From positions 82,398,001 to 82,462,000 of the forward strand of contig OX597814.1 of NCBI GenBank assembly GCA_951406725.2: DNA of 64,000 nucleotides, written 5' to 3'. The notes under the pieces are model-generated. The model did not search any database and was not told the DNA's origin. It saw only the letters and a list, made by a program, of their open reading frames with translations. The number at the start of each line of letters is the position of its first letter. Position 1 is the first letter of the stretch. Shown in pieces: positions 39,701 through 52,961 of the stretch. The position numbers and the translations under genes are program-made. Source of the DNA: Octopus vulgaris (Eukaryota).

Positions 39701-42700
39701 ATCCAATTGTGTGTGTGTATGTGTGCAAACATACTTGTGTGTATGTATATATGTATATGAGTATGTTTGTTTAGTTAATACTTCTTTGAAAATTGCTCAG
39801 CTGCAGGTTGTAGTGCTGTTGTCATTTCTCTCATCATCTGGTTCCCCACTTGCTTTCTACCTTTGAAGAGGTGTGGAAAAGATATCCCCTACTTGAAAAA
39901 CAGGTTAGGACTTGACAGAAAGGGCATCTGGCCATAAAACAATGCCTCGGTAGTATTTGTCTAACCCATGCTAGCATGGAAAAGCAAAAAAGCAAATGTA
40001 AAAACAAATTAATATGCATATAAACACACACACTCTTGTTTTTTTTTTTTTAACATCAACAAGAGAGGGCCAAACAAAATCAAAATCAGTACAAATAAAA
40101 ATATCATTTGTTTACTTTTCTGTGTCTATTTTTCCATGTTAGCATCAGTTGGACAAATACTTATTGTTTTTCAGCTGGATGCCCTTTTTATTGCTGATTC
40201 TTACTTGATTTTCAAGTAAGGGACTTTTTATATTTCTCTTGCCTTAGGAAGCTTACTTCTAGAAGACAATATGTTGTCAGAGAATGTGAAGAAGCAATAC
40301 CATTTTTAATTTGGTGCTTTCATGTGAAGAATGCAACATTCAGACAAACACATGCACATGTGCACACACAGATACATATACACACACAACAAGCTTCCAT
40401 ACAACTTCCATCTACCAGCTCCACTTACAAAGCATTTGTTGGCCTAGTTCACAGGAGAAGGCATTTGCTCGTGTGTGTGTGATTTATGTGTTTGACATAA
40501 TACTGATGGCTAAACCAACACTGGTGTTTCTGTGTGACTTATATCTCCTTATGCTGAAGTTATCTTTGCCTTTCATCCTTTCAGATTCGATAATATAAAG
40601 TACCATTTAAATACCAGGATCAATTTAATTGACTAAACACCCTTTCTCTTAAAATTGCTGGTGTTGTACTTGATTTATAAACAATTATTCAGACAGTAAA
40701 CATTATTACTGAAATTCTTAGTAATGTAATACGAATGTGATGTTTTCATCATCATCATCATCACCATTGTTTAATGTCTGCTTTTCATGCTGGCATGGGT
40801 TGAATGGTGTGACATGGAGCTGGCTAGCAGGCCACTGTCCAAACTTCAGCTATCTGTTGAAGCATGGTTTCTGTGGCTGGATGCCCTTCCTAATGCCAAC
40901 CACTTAAGAGTGTGCTGGGTACTTTTTACATGTCACCAGCACAGGTGTGTTTACACAGCACTAGCATGGGTGCTTTTTAAGTGACACTGGCACTTGAAAA
41001 GACAAGCTTGTATGGATGGTAGACAGCGATTTCACTTGGTTTGATATGTCGTATCAAGTACAGCAAACCACCACATCTGGTCCCTTGTCATTTCCTCAGT
41101 GAGGCTCAGCATCTGAAGATCCTTCTCACCACTTTGTTCCACGTCCTCCTGGATCTACCCCTTCCACAGGTACTCTCCACAATTAGAGCTTGGTACTTCT
41201 TTATGCAGCCGTCTTCATCCAGCACAGTCTTCTCTCTTGCACACAACATCTGATGCCTCTTATACCCAGTTTTCCTCTTAAATCATTTACACTCTGTTGT
41301 GCATGCATACTGACATTACTCATCCAATGGAGCGTGCTAGCTTCATTTCTTTCAAGCCTTTGCAAGTCCTCTGTATTCAAAGCCAACGTTTCATTGCCAT
41401 GTAGCATAGCTGTATGTACACAGGCATCATACAATCTGCCTTTCACTCTGAAGGAGAGGCCTTTAGTTACCAACAAAGGTAGAAGCTCTCTGAACTTTGC
41501 CCATCCCGTTCTTATCCTAGCAACTACACTTTCAGAACTTCCTCCCCCACTGCTAACTTGGTCTCCTAGGTAACAGAAGCTATCTACTATTTCTAACAAT
41601 CTACTTGAGCATTTGAAGGGGTCTGTTGTCTGTGTATTTTTAGTGTTTATTGTACCTGCACAGAAAAAATGATTTGTTTCTTGGGAAATAATTTCATGTC
41701 CATTTTCTTTTCTTGCTGCCATTGTTGGAAATTTTACTCATGTTCTTCCCCACTTGAAATTCCTTTTAAAGAGACAGTTTTCTAAATTTTGTTGAACCTC
41801 ATTTTCTGCTGCTTGCAGTTTTCTTATAAAATGGTTTTAACCCATTATTACTGACTTCATTACCAGTAAACCTCATTGGCCTATATAAATAGAGTATAAA
41901 GTCAGATCTGTATGAATAGACCATGATTTTTAGTTGTTCTTGATAATTATTTCTTTGCTTATTAAATGTTTCAGAATATTAGAAAGGTAATAAGGCAGAA
42001 TATTTAGCATTCTGGGCAAAATGTTTAGCAGCATTTTGTCTATCTGTATGTTCTGAGTTCAAATTCCCCAAGGTTGAATAAGTACCAGTTGAACATTGGG
42101 GTTGATGTAATCAACCTGCCCCCTGCCCTGAAATTGCTATCTTTGTGCCAGAATTTCAAACCAGTATTAGGAAGGTAATAATGAAAAATACAAATTTCCT
42201 GACTTTTCTTTTTCAGATTATTTTAAAATCTTGAAATCATGAGGATTTGATTTTCTTTGCAGTATTTGATGGATCCTATGGTTCTGAGTGTACTATACAT
42301 CTGGTGTCAACTGAACAAAGATATAACCGTAACTTTCTGGTTCGGAACCCGCTTTCCGGTAAACTATACATAACTTCTTCATGGAAACAATTTTTCATAC
42401 CTTTGACTTGAGAAAATGAGATTTGTTAATCACACACTAATGTCTGTATTTGATGCCTTGAATATTTGTACCTTTCTTTCGTGTTAGCTTTTATTAATAT
42501 TTGAAGTTGGATTTCTTAAGAAATACTCTCAAGTGTGTTTCTTAATCAACATTTCATTAAATATTTCTTACTTATAAAATGCCTTTTATGTTAAGTACTG
42601 TGTTAAGGAAGTGCTCCTGTCTTGAAGGTAATATCTGATCTACCAAATGGCAGCAAGCTGGCAGAATTGTTAGCATGTATTTGTGAATATATTTTGCATT

Positions 42701-45700
42701 CACCTTTTCCATCTTAAATTTTCCTTTATTTGAATCTTAATCTTTAACAATATTCAGTTAGACAATTTCACTTAAAGCTATTGACTATTGTTACTGATTG
42801 TAGTAATGGTGTTGGAAGAAAATGAGTGTGAGGATAAGGGTTTGAATTCTTTGTTAATTAAGACAGCAATTGGTGGTGATTAGAGCAGTGGATATAATGC
42901 CTCGTGGTAGTTGTGCTCTGAGTTCAACATTGTCTTTGAGCCTTTTAAGCACAAGTAATAAGAGTGGTGGATTAATAGAACTGTTAATACATTAAAGGAA
43001 ATACTTTGCATTCTGACAGCAATACTTGTGAATGACACTGGTACCAAGCTGTAGCTACCTTTTCCTTGCTGATGCCATATCCTCAAAGCATGCCTGTGCA
43101 ACATAAATTGTGGCACATCAAGCCCTTTATATAGAATGAGTTGCTACTTAATAATATTAATAACACTGTTGAAGTGGACAGTTTTTTTATATAGTGAGGA
43201 AAATAGTGTTGACAACAAAAATGTACCAAAATTTAATAACCGCTTTATTTTTTATTGTAGGCCATGTATTTACCTTGGGTGTTGTTTGGCTTTAATCTGA
43301 TTGTTGGTGATGGGTAAGTTCAATTTTTAATGCTAAACGTCCTTCATTAATATGCTTCTCTTTGAATACCTAGCTTTTTTTTTTACCAGTTATTATAAGC
43401 ATCATTGGATATTTTTGTGTTGTAAATATAACTGGTTCATCATAATTAACATTTAACATTCGTTTTTCATGCTGGCATGGGTTAGACGGTTTGACTAGAG
43501 CTGGTAAGCCAGGGAGCTGCACTAGGCTCTAGACGTCTGTAATACCAACCACTTTACAAAATGTATTAATGGGTTTTGTTTTTGTTTGCATTTAACTGTG
43601 GAAGATTGTTACAAAAATATTTCTTTGGTGCCCACTTTAAAGGAATATATCTTTCTAAATCAAAAAAGTGTTAACTCTCATCTGAAGGGTCCATGTACCA
43701 TATCCCACACTGCTATTTAGTGGCTCAGTCAACCTAATTATGTATCTAAATTTCTTATATGTTATCTGCTATCACTACTGGTTTTTTCAAGTTGGCTAGA
43801 TGAGTGTGCAGTGCTGCAACAAATTACTCATTGTGTTTGGTATTCAAATTGCTCAGTGATGTTTCTATGAGTGTTCCTCCCTAACAACATTCCTAATCAT
43901 ATGTAGCATATATATTTGGATTATAAACATAATTGTTCATGCTTTGTTTGACTGCAAATATTTTGTTTATTCACTGCAAGTATTCTATTGGTTAGCCACA
44001 TTCTCAAAGAATGAGCTTGCTTCCTAGCTACATGGTTTCGGGTTCAGTCCCACTGCGTGGCACTTTGGGTAGGTGTCTTCCACTATAGCCCCTAGCCGAC
44101 CGGAGCTTTGTGATTGAATTCGGTAGGTGGAAGTTACTGCCGTGTGTGTATGTGTGCGTATAGCTGCTCAGTGCCTCTCTGAAAGAGAGAGAGGGATAAT
44201 AAAAAAAAAAAAAGAAAATATATTTGGTAGTTTGGAAGTTGACAGTTTATAGAAATGAAGTGAATATTTTCCAACTACCAGCATTAATCTGTAGTGAGAG
44301 CAAGACATTCAACTCTTGTTGACTTAGTCCACCTTGTAGTAAATGGATATTCAAAGACCAACAGCATATCTTCCAATTGAAATTTTATATTATTGTAATG
44401 CTAAGTGGAGGAACCTCAGCACAAAGCTACTTCCTAAGAACAAATACCATTTTTAAGATGTGACTTCACCATACATGTTGAATTTACTCTGGCAACCTTA
44501 GCGACTATGTAGACATGTTCATCTCATGCCAATAAGATAAAAAATTATAAATTTTTAACCTCTTAACATTCAGATTACTCTGTCGAATGTAATGCTTATT
44601 TATTCACATTGTTTTGAATTAATCATGCATTATCTCATAGCTTTGAGATTTCGATGATGTAATTGTTTATTTTAAGAATGACATTGTAGGGTAGATGTGA
44701 GAGACTGGATCTGACTGTTTATGCATAAAATATTGGTGGAATATTTGGATTGGGTATGGCTGGTTTAATTGTTAAAGAGATAAACATGATTAATTGTTAA
44801 AGAGATAAACCTTGAGAGAAATGTTGTACCTAAGAGGCATCAGTTGTGGTGTGCAAGAGAGACGATTGCGCTGGTATGGTCATGTGGCGAGAATGGATGA
44901 AGATAGGTGTGTGAGAAAGTGCCAATCCTTAGCAGTTGAGGGAACCCGTGGAAGAGGTAGACCCAGGAAAACCTGGGACGAGGTAGTGAAGCACGACCTT
45001 CGAACTTTAGGCCTCACTGAGGAAATGACCAGCGACCGAGACCTTTGGAAATATTCTGTACGTGAGAAGACCAGGCAGGACAAGTGAGCCCAGCCCACTT
45101 ATGAATGCCTTTCCTCCCTTGGACACAAAGACCTGTTGAGGCAAGCGAAGTCGATATAGAACCTCATCCGACGACAGGCACCCATGCCAACCCCCTTTGC
45201 TTGCGAAGACATGTTGGGGCAATCGTAATCGAAGTCAAAATCGAATTGAACCAGCCAGGATCCCTGGTCTGGTGGTACGTAAAAAGCACTATCCGACTCG
45301 TGGCCGATGCCAGCGCCGCCTCCACTGGCTTCCGTGCCGGTGGCACGTAAAATACACCAATCTGACCGTACAACAGGCACCCATGCCAACCCCCTTGCTT
45401 GCGAAGACATGTTGGGGCAAGCGAAATCGAATTGAACCAGCCAGGTTCCCTGGTCTGGTGGTACGTAAAAAGCACTATCCGACTTATGGCCGTCCACTGG
45501 CTTCCGTGCCGGTGGCACGTAAAATACACCAATCTGACCGTACAACAGGCACCCATGCCAACCCCCTTGCTTGCGAAGACATGTTGGGGCAATCGAAATC
45601 GAATTGAACCAGCCAGGATCCCTGGTCTGGTGGTACGTAAAAAGCACCATCCGACTCGTGGCCGATGCCAGCACCGTCTGGCTTCCGTGCCGGTGGCACA

Positions 45701-47760
45701 TAAAATACACCAATCCGACCGTGGCCGTTGCCAGCCTCGCCTGGCACGTAAAAAGCACCCACTACACTCACGGAGTGGTTGGCGTTAGGAAGGGCATCCA
45801 GCTGTAGAAACACTGCCAGGTAAGACTGGAGCCTGGTGCAGCCTTCTGGCTTCCCAGATCCCCGGTCGAACCGTCCAACCCATGCTAGCATGGAGAATGG
45901 ACGTTAAACGATGATGATGATGATGATGATGATGATAAACATATGATGATGAGGAAAATAATATATACACATGGGTACAAGTGTGGCTGTATGGTAAGAA
46001 GTTTGCCTCTCAACCACATTGTTTCAGGTTTAGTCCCACTGCATGGCACCTTGGACAAATATCTTCTATAGCCCCAGGTTGACCAAAGCCTTGTGAATGG
46101 GTATGGTTGAGGGAAACTGAAGGAAACCTGTTTCGCTATATATATATGTCTCTGTGTTACTGTCCCTCTTGCATTGACATCATATGATAGTAGTAAGCAA
46201 ATGTCACCATTATGCAGGTGTCTTTCATTTCCAGTCTTCATTAAAAACAATGTCTGGTCATGGAGAAATATTACTTTATTTGGAAACAGGTGAGGGTTAA
46301 TGGTAGGAAGGACATCCTGCTGTAGAGAATCCACCTCAACAAATTCTGTCTGGCCTATGTAAGCATGGAAAAGTGGATGTTAAATGATGATGATAATAAC
46401 ATAACATAGTGATCTAAAAAAATTTCTTTCTTTATTCCAGAGGTTTGTTTGAGTTGATTGGCATTCTTGTTGGCCATCTGTATTTCTTTTTAAAATTCAA
46501 GTACCCACAGGATTTTGGAGGTCCTCAACTTATTACAACACCACAGTTTCTGTAAGTATAAGTATATGCTTGCACTTATCTATGATTATACATACATATT
46601 CTCTTTTATACCAACTTCTTCATTTTTACTTTCTGAAAGGAGACAGCTTTGAGCAGTAGGGACTCTTAGAGCCTTTCTGAAGGGAGACAATGTTGAACTG
46701 TAGGGACTTTTAGAGCCTTTTTGTCTTGTGGCATACAAGGCAACCTCAATAGTGCTGGTACTATAAAAAATGTTACCAGTACACTTTGTAAAGTGGTTGT
46801 CAAATGAGTGGAGAAAATGTAGGGTTGAGAGGACACTTAAGAGCAGTGATTCCCAGTGTGAGACATACACCTCACCGGTGGGGCTTGGGAAAATTGTGGT
46901 AGGGTGTGAGATCCATATTTTTTTTTTTCATTTTTTTTTAGTGGAACATGGAATTGTGAAAACATTTTTCTTAGTCAATAATCTACATTTTTTGTACTTG
47001 TTACTTAATAAAAGAGTTACCAGTAGCTTCTTTTGTATTAAATAATTGAGGTAAAATAAAGATGTTTTTTCCAACTAGTGGGACTTAAAATTTTCTGGAA
47101 AGTTATGTTGGGGTCTAGGGTAAAATATGTTGGGAGACACTGCTTTAGAGTCTGTCAAGGATATGACAACCTGTCTAGTGTTGGTACCTCAATAAAAAGC
47201 GCCCAGTATCTTCTGTAAATGTGGAAGACTTACAATAGTTTGATTGGGGTTAGGAATATTTGGTCCATTGGAGGTGCAGTTTTAACTGTTGAGAGACATT
47301 AAATAGTTTGAAGAAGCATTTATACATGAGACAGTTCAATGAAATAACAGATGCCAACATTAAGAATGTGTTAAAATAAGAATGATATGTAGTGGATGAT
47401 TGGCAAAGTTGTTTATTTAAATATAAAACATTTTTGGGCATCCTTTATCAAGAGGCAATAAGTTGAAAAAAAGTAAAATGCTACCATGGTTGGCATTTCA
47501 AATAATAGTAGCAATTTAAAGAAATGTTAAAAATTTGTAAAACCATTTTAATCTATATTAGAAAATCAAATCAAATAAAAAGTAAGACTTTTTCAAAATG
47601 TCCTTTACATATTTAAATTTTTTCCAGTTACAAATATTTCCCAAGCCATCAAACTTGGACAGGATTTGGAGAAGTACCCAGACGAAGATTTACAAATGGT
47701 AATCAAGGAGGCGAAGGTGGACATACCTGGGGACGTGGTCAAACACTGGGTGGCAATTAA
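27760..47760 (+). CDS. DERL1: Derlin-1 (ERAD rhomboid pseudoprotease), 247 aa, 8 exons
   Basis: Exons 27760-27918, 34039-34138, 38264-38328, 39427-39453, 42263-42358, 43261-43313, 46441-46551 and 47628-47760 (744 nt): MASNDIGDWFRSIPRITKFWF...FQIWRLLT...RLETGTFLGRPADY...FWFGTRFPAMYLPW...GILVGHLYFFL...HTWGRGQTLGGN*. Contains the WR motif, GxxxG and a C-terminal SHP-like box. Intron 3 is U12-type. Confidence 0.97.
28922..29012. mobile_element. Mini inverted-repeat element (same family as 7116-7187)
   Basis: GGTGGAGGTAAAGAATACGTACACC ... GGTGTATGTATTCTTTACTTTCGCC inverted termini with internal AACCCTAAC. Confidence 0.6.
30170..30480 (+). mobile_element. Ty3/Gypsy gag-like fragment
   Basis: KQGESLDQYLQDLKV..NCNF...AEEYE...AFISGIHSSYIQCLLEN resembles a recalled Gypsy gag motif (QPGESLD.FL..LK.L..DCNF...DAFI.G...IRQRLLE). 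Broken frames; no LTRs seen. Confidence 0.6.
30900..33117 (+). mobile_element. 5'-truncated RTE-clade LINE (RT plus PHD finger), young, with (GAT)n tail
   Basis: ORF 30947-31711 is RT (KAPGPSG, NYRGIKL, FVDMEKAFDRVP, GVHQGSVLSPLLF); YADD at 31718; C4HC3 finger at 31883-32020; C-terminal GR.RKTW; few lesions. Confidence 0.93.
34690..37520 (+). mobile_element. Decayed Tigger/pogo (TIGD1-like) DNA transposon with nested insertions
   Basis: HTH_psq KKKIIDKHERGVCVVDIARQY; CENP-B HTH EMEKLLLLWINEKQL and YKASHDWLGNFKKR; DDE pieces KDRLT, ALLILDSDSAHSP and ILQPMDQ. A microsatellite and SINEs are inserted at ~35690-36415. Confidence 0.88.
35690..35965. repeat. (TCTA/TCTG)n compound microsatellite
   Basis: Directly visible pyrimidine-rich tetranucleotide array. 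Confidence 0.9.
38329..39426 (+). other. U12-type (minor spliceosome) GT-AG intron of Derlin-1
   Basis: Donor GTATCCTTTT; branch site TTTTCCTTTAC at 39403-39413, just upstream of the AAG acceptor; no strong polypyrimidine tract. Confidence 0.92.
40745..41660 (-). mobile_element. Older antisense RTE-LINE 3' fragment
   Basis: ORF 41201-41722 (VDSFCYLGDQVSSGGG...WAKFRELLPLL...KGRLYDACV) is homologous to 32090-32450; (CAT)n tail at 40748-40762. Confidence 0.88.
44555..44778. mobile_element. piggyBac-like (TTAA) MITE, family B
   Basis: Homologous to 56560-56787, which is TTAA-flanked with inverted ends. Confidence 0.55.
44811..45936 (+). mobile_element. Young RTE-LINE 3' end with triplicated 3' UTR unit
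   Basis: Near-identical to 32397-33117; ORF end at 44812-45087; three ~170-200-bp units; (GAT)n tail; GATAAAC on both flanks as a possible TSD. Confidence 0.92.
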
Positions 47761-50341
47761 TTGCACAGTTTTCGAAATATACCCCCATCCCACCTTTTTT
47801 TTTCTTAATTCTTTTTCTTCCTCATTTTCAAGATATTTCCCTCCTTATTCCACCACCAAGATGAAATAAACTTTGGGTGTGATTTTTTTTTGATTTATAT
47901 ATTTTTTTTTTGCCGACATTTAAAAAAATATTATATGTTTATTTTATTAACCATTATAAAATCATTCACAAAACTAAACAGAAAAAAATGGAAGATGAAA
48001 GGAAAGAAATATTTATTTTTTTGTCATACAATCCTGTATAAAAATCATTTAAAAAGAAAACTTCAGTGATTTAATTTTTTTTCTCTGGAACATCTGATTT
48101 TGAAATGACTATACTGTATTTTGATTTTTTTTCTTATTTAAAAAAAAAAATTTACAGACTCAAGCTCTGTAACTTATTTCATTTAATCAGTGGCAAGTAG
48201 TAGAAGTAAATTTCTCAGGATCTGTTATGGATCTGACAGAAGACCTCGTTTTGATATTGGATTCAAGGGTGCATTAGAAATTTAGGTTCAGTACAATTTA
48301 CAAATGTATCCATATCATCTTAAGTTGCCAACAGAAAAGATTGGTACTTATCAGTTGGTACATTGTCTCTCTGCTGCTTAAAGCAGGACACTGCAGCTGT
48401 CTGTGGTTGCTAATGGACTTGACTATTAAGAAATAACTGTTTTTGTCAGAGATATCATACATCACATCTTTGATCTGTAAACACTTTATCAACTCGATGG
48501 TCAGCTGTGATAATGAAGAAAAAAGTATGAAAATACATTGAATCTTCCAACTCTTCACATAAAATCATTCATGGAATGATATAAGTTAGATATTGGAACC
48601 TACCTTTGAACTCCACAAATTATGTTTTAAAATAGTAGCTCGAACTGTTTTAATATATTTTTACTTATTCTCTTATCAAGCTACGAGAATCTAATCTTGA
48701 TTCGTCATCATATCTAATACCAAACATACACACAATATATATATATACATACATACATATGGCAAGTTGTGTAAGTCATAGAGGCACTACAGGAGACCTG
48801 GCATTCATGTAGTGCATCTACTGTGAGTCAGTTTGTCTGCACTCTCAGGAAGAGTTCAACTCAGCACTGCAAGTTAATGAAGTATTCATCAATTTTGGAG
48901 TGCTACTACAGGTCTACAGGTTACAACAGTAACTTGTTCTCTGTGGTATCTATTTACAGCCAGGTAGAATTTGACATTGAAGTGCCTGTGTCGGGATACA
49001 AACTTCTAATTACTTAGTTGGTTGTCCAATACACTGCCAATGTGGTCATCTGTGCATTCATCCATCTCCCTGCTCACTTCCTCCTTTGTGTATGTGTGTG
49101 TGTATATATACATACACACCCACATCTATTTGTCTAAATTTGTAGACTAAATCAATAATGTTGTTTAAATGTAAATTGATTTGTTTTCTTAATGAAATTT
49201 CAGTTAATTCTTGGTTCAAAACTATTTGTTTTCTATTTTGATGTAGAAGGTTCTATTATTTATTCAATTTTTATCCCCATGTGCATGGGCTGTTTTCATT
49301 ATAAGCTTTTCAATATTAGATTGATTAAAACCAATTAATTTGTCATGAAAAGCATATCAATAAAGAAAATAAACTGAAGTTTTTCCAAACAAAACTTGTG
49401 AGAATGCCATTATTTTGTACACATCTTTTATTTTTCTACAAATATATTACTTAGGAATTACAGATAATTTTTTTTTTTAGAAATTGTTTTTAAGCCAATA
49501 GGTAAATTGGTAAGGGAAGTTTTCACAAGGCTATAAAATGAGGACAAAAGATAACTAATCAGAAACATAATGTTGCCAATGTAGTGGGGATGAAAAATAG
49601 TAAACATTTAGAATAGTGGGAACTGACCAGGGTATCATGCCCTTAGTGGCATTGAAATGAAATAGGCAAGGAATTGTCACTGTATGAATGCTGGATTAGC
49701 ATCACAAAAAATGCCTTGCTTTATTTATATACAACCATTTATATTCTGAGTCCAAATTTTGCCATAGTTGACTTTGCATTTCATCCTCCAGAGTTGATAA
49801 AATAAAGTACCAGTCAAGCACTAGAGTCAGTATAATCACTTATACCATCCACTAGAGGGCTTGTGCCAGTATAAGAAATTACTGTATCTACAGAGATGAT
49901 GGCAGTGAAACAATGGGTGGTAGAAAGCCAGGTTAAATGCCTGAACTGTGTTTAGTTTTGTCATACTAAAATCTGAGTTCAAAATACTGCTTAAGTCAGT
50001 TTTCCTTTTCATACCTCTCAGGCCCAATAAAATAAATACCAGTCATTTATTGTATTGAAAAAAGTAAATATCTTCTACGTTTTGAATGCTGTTAAGGATC
50101 AATACTTAGCTTTGGTTTCATGGTATTTAGTAAAGATGGAAATTGTCCTCTCAGTAGAATGTTGGTCCATCACAAGTAGCATCCTCAGTTTATCTGGCAC
50201 CTCTTCTCAACCTTAGATAAATGGGAATAATGTTGAATAATGTATTCTGCCTCAGAACTACAAATGTCTGGGAGCCTTTATACTGTTGGTCAACCTACAA
50301 AAAACAGTAACCAAATTTCTTTCAAATCTTACTCTACTGTT

Positions 50342-50536
50342 TTAACACTTTTGATACCAACCTGCCTAAGACTGCTCTTGAGACAAACATCCTGTTGTAA
50401 AATTATTAAAATTAAAACCTTCCATCAAAATTTCATGTTAATTTATATATCAAACACCAGCTTAATGAAGGTTATTCTCCATTACTTGAAACAAAGGTAG
50501 GGTATTTCAACAGAGATATGGTAACAAAAGGGTTAA
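50342..50536. mobile_element. piggyBac-like (TTAA) MITE, family A
   Basis: TTAA-CACTTTTGATACCA ... TGGTAACAAAAGGG-TTAA. Confidence 0.65.
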
Positions 50537-51996
50537 GCAAAGAGGAGACATTGGATAATGTAGTCCCAGATATAACTATTTCTTGAAAAAAAAAAAAAAA
50601 AAAGACTAGATAGGTTGCAGAACATCTTTGAGCATAGATCTATTAAGTCAGGGATGAAGTATAGCTAAATAAAAAAACAAAAACAAATACCTGCCAAGAA
50701 CTTGAAACTGTTATTTTCAAGCAAGTACAATCAAATATATACTTGTGACCCTGTACTAATGTTTGGAATTAATACAAAGGATGAGTGTTGCTTATACTGA
50801 AAGAGAGAAGGTTTTGATGAGCTGAGAAAGCAAACTATTTTTGATTTGGGAAAATCATTTCCAATCACTTAGTGAAAATAAATACTTCTGCTGGTAAAGA
50901 TTTGAATACTACAACATAGGCTAAGTCAGGATTTCACCAAAAGGAGTTTTACATATGGAAATATATCAATCACTAGCCATCTAATTTGTATATTTGTATA
51001 CATATAGATCATTATTTTACATCTGCTTTCATGCTGGTATGAGTTAGATAGGCTGTCACAATTCAAGTTACTGAGCTAGGTGGGTCAGAAGACCATATCT
51101 TGCTTACACATTTCATTTTTCTTGGTTTCAATGGCTTGATGCTTTTTCTTACATTAACTACTTTACAGAGTGTACTGAGTGCATTTTATCATGGCACAAG
51201 CATTAGAAAGATTGACATGTCCACAAAATTGATGAGTCCTCATGACCCCATGTTGAGAAGACCCTTTCAGTATATGTACATATACACTCATGTTGGTGCC
51301 ATGTAAAAGCACCTGTTTGGTAACACAAAAGCGCCTGTGTAGTGACGTAAAAGCACCTGGGCAGTGCCATGAAAAAGCATCCAGCACACTCTGTAAAGTG
51401 ATTGGCATTAAGAAGGGCATCCAACTGTAGAAACCAAACCAAATCAGACTGAAGTTTGGTGCAGCCCCCACCACTGGCTTACCAGCTCTGGTCACACCAT
51501 TCAACCTATGGAAAAACAGATGTTAAATGATGCAGATTCTGTTTTGCAACTTACTTGGCAATCACACTAGTGCTAGTGGCACAAAAAGGCACCCAGAACA
51601 CATTGTAATGTTGTTGACATTAGGAAGAGAATCCAGCCATAGAAAATATGCCAAAGCTGGTAGTGGAGCTTGGTGCAGCTCTGTTTTGTGAGATCCTATC
51701 AAACCATCCAAATCATGCCAACATGGAAAATAGAAGTCAAATGATGATGACGAAGATTCAACTGAACTTGTTGAACCCCTACCAGCTAAGTATGTGCACC
51801 GCTTCCCATTCTTCTTAGTGAGAATAAACCAATATTATATCAATACAGCAGAATATGGAAAGGAATTGTCAATAAATTACATTTCTAGTAAAGAAAAGAA
51901 TAATGTTCTGTAAAGCAATTTGTTTATAAGCTAATAATTTGGAAGTACTTTTTGTTAATATGTAGGAAAGGAATAAATAGGAACTCAGAGTAAATA

Positions 51997-52212
51997 TTGG
52001 TTTCAAATTTTGGCACAAGGCCAACAGTTTCATGGGGTGGGTTTAGTTGATTATATTGACCCTAGTGCTTAACTGGTACTTATTTTATTGACCCCGAAAG
52101 GATGAAAGGAAAAGTCAACCCCAGTGGAATTTGAACTCAGAGTGTAAGGATGGATGAAATGCTGCTAAGCATTTTGCCTGGCATATGAACAATTCTGCCA
52201 GCTCACCACCTT
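51997..52212 (-). mobile_element. SINE with Nin/Deu-like central domain (representative copy)
   Basis: Reverse complement has a B-box-like GAGTTCAAATTCC and GACTTTTCCTTTCATCCTTTCGGGGTCAATAAAATAAGTACC. Other copies at ~1390-1610, 26795-26950, 37995-38212, 55340-55528 and 58330-58545. Confidence 0.75.
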
Positions 52213-52961
52213 AAACTCAGACCAAATATTAGGTAAACAAAAAAGGTGCAGTGGGACTTGTAGTGCTTTGAGGGGAAAACAGAGAATCAAGATTTCAAAT
52301 GTGCTAGCTGAGGAGGAATAGTAACCAGTAGAAACATTCATAAAATAAAAGTCCATGAACTGTTCAGACAGTTTATTAGGTGTTATTAATACTTTCATTT
52401 TCTATTGTGGAGCTAATTATGAAGTGATATGCTGAAAGTACGAAACTTAGGGCATGAAAAGAAACAAAGATATTAATTTTACTTGGTTACAAAAGTATTT
52501 CCTTTTAGTGTATATGACAAAATATGCAGCCATTTTAAGAAATAGTAGTTTTGTCTTGATTGAGCAGACCTATCACCAAAGGTGTTGCAGTCATGAACAA
52601 CTTATATTTTTTGTTTATCAATGTGTCCATCCTTTTTTAAGATGGTATCATATGATGTGTAGGGATTTGACTGTTAAAGGTTTTGTTAGATCATAGTGAA
52701 AGAGATAATGTTATATGATTGAGACACAAGATACTGAATATAAAACGTCTGCAATACTTGGAGAGAAATAACACACATGTGGTGTGTGTGTGAATGTTTA
52801 TAATTCATGCTTGTCACCACTTGAGCAATAGCAGTGTGGATGTTGACATTCTCTGTTGATGTTATGACTGGTTACTCTTATCTCAAATAACTTCCCACAC
52901 AATCTCAAGCCAGCATGGAAAATGGCTGTTAAATGAAGGAATGAATACACACACATATACT

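Noticed and set aside
42195-42262. Alternative acceptor TTTTTCAG at 42216, upstream of Derlin-1 exon 5
   Set aside because: It would hit TGA within 6 codons; such sites are common in AT-rich introns and nothing shows it is used.
45174-45750. Tandem units as a CRISPR-like array or novel repeat proteins (overlapping ORFs 45099-45891)
   Set aside because: Units are ~170-200 bp without unique spacers and are the RTE 3' UTR; the ORFs reflect higher GC content.
47666-47869. Separate 67-aa ORF
   Set aside because: Out-of-frame overlap with Derlin-1 exon 8 and its 3' UTR.
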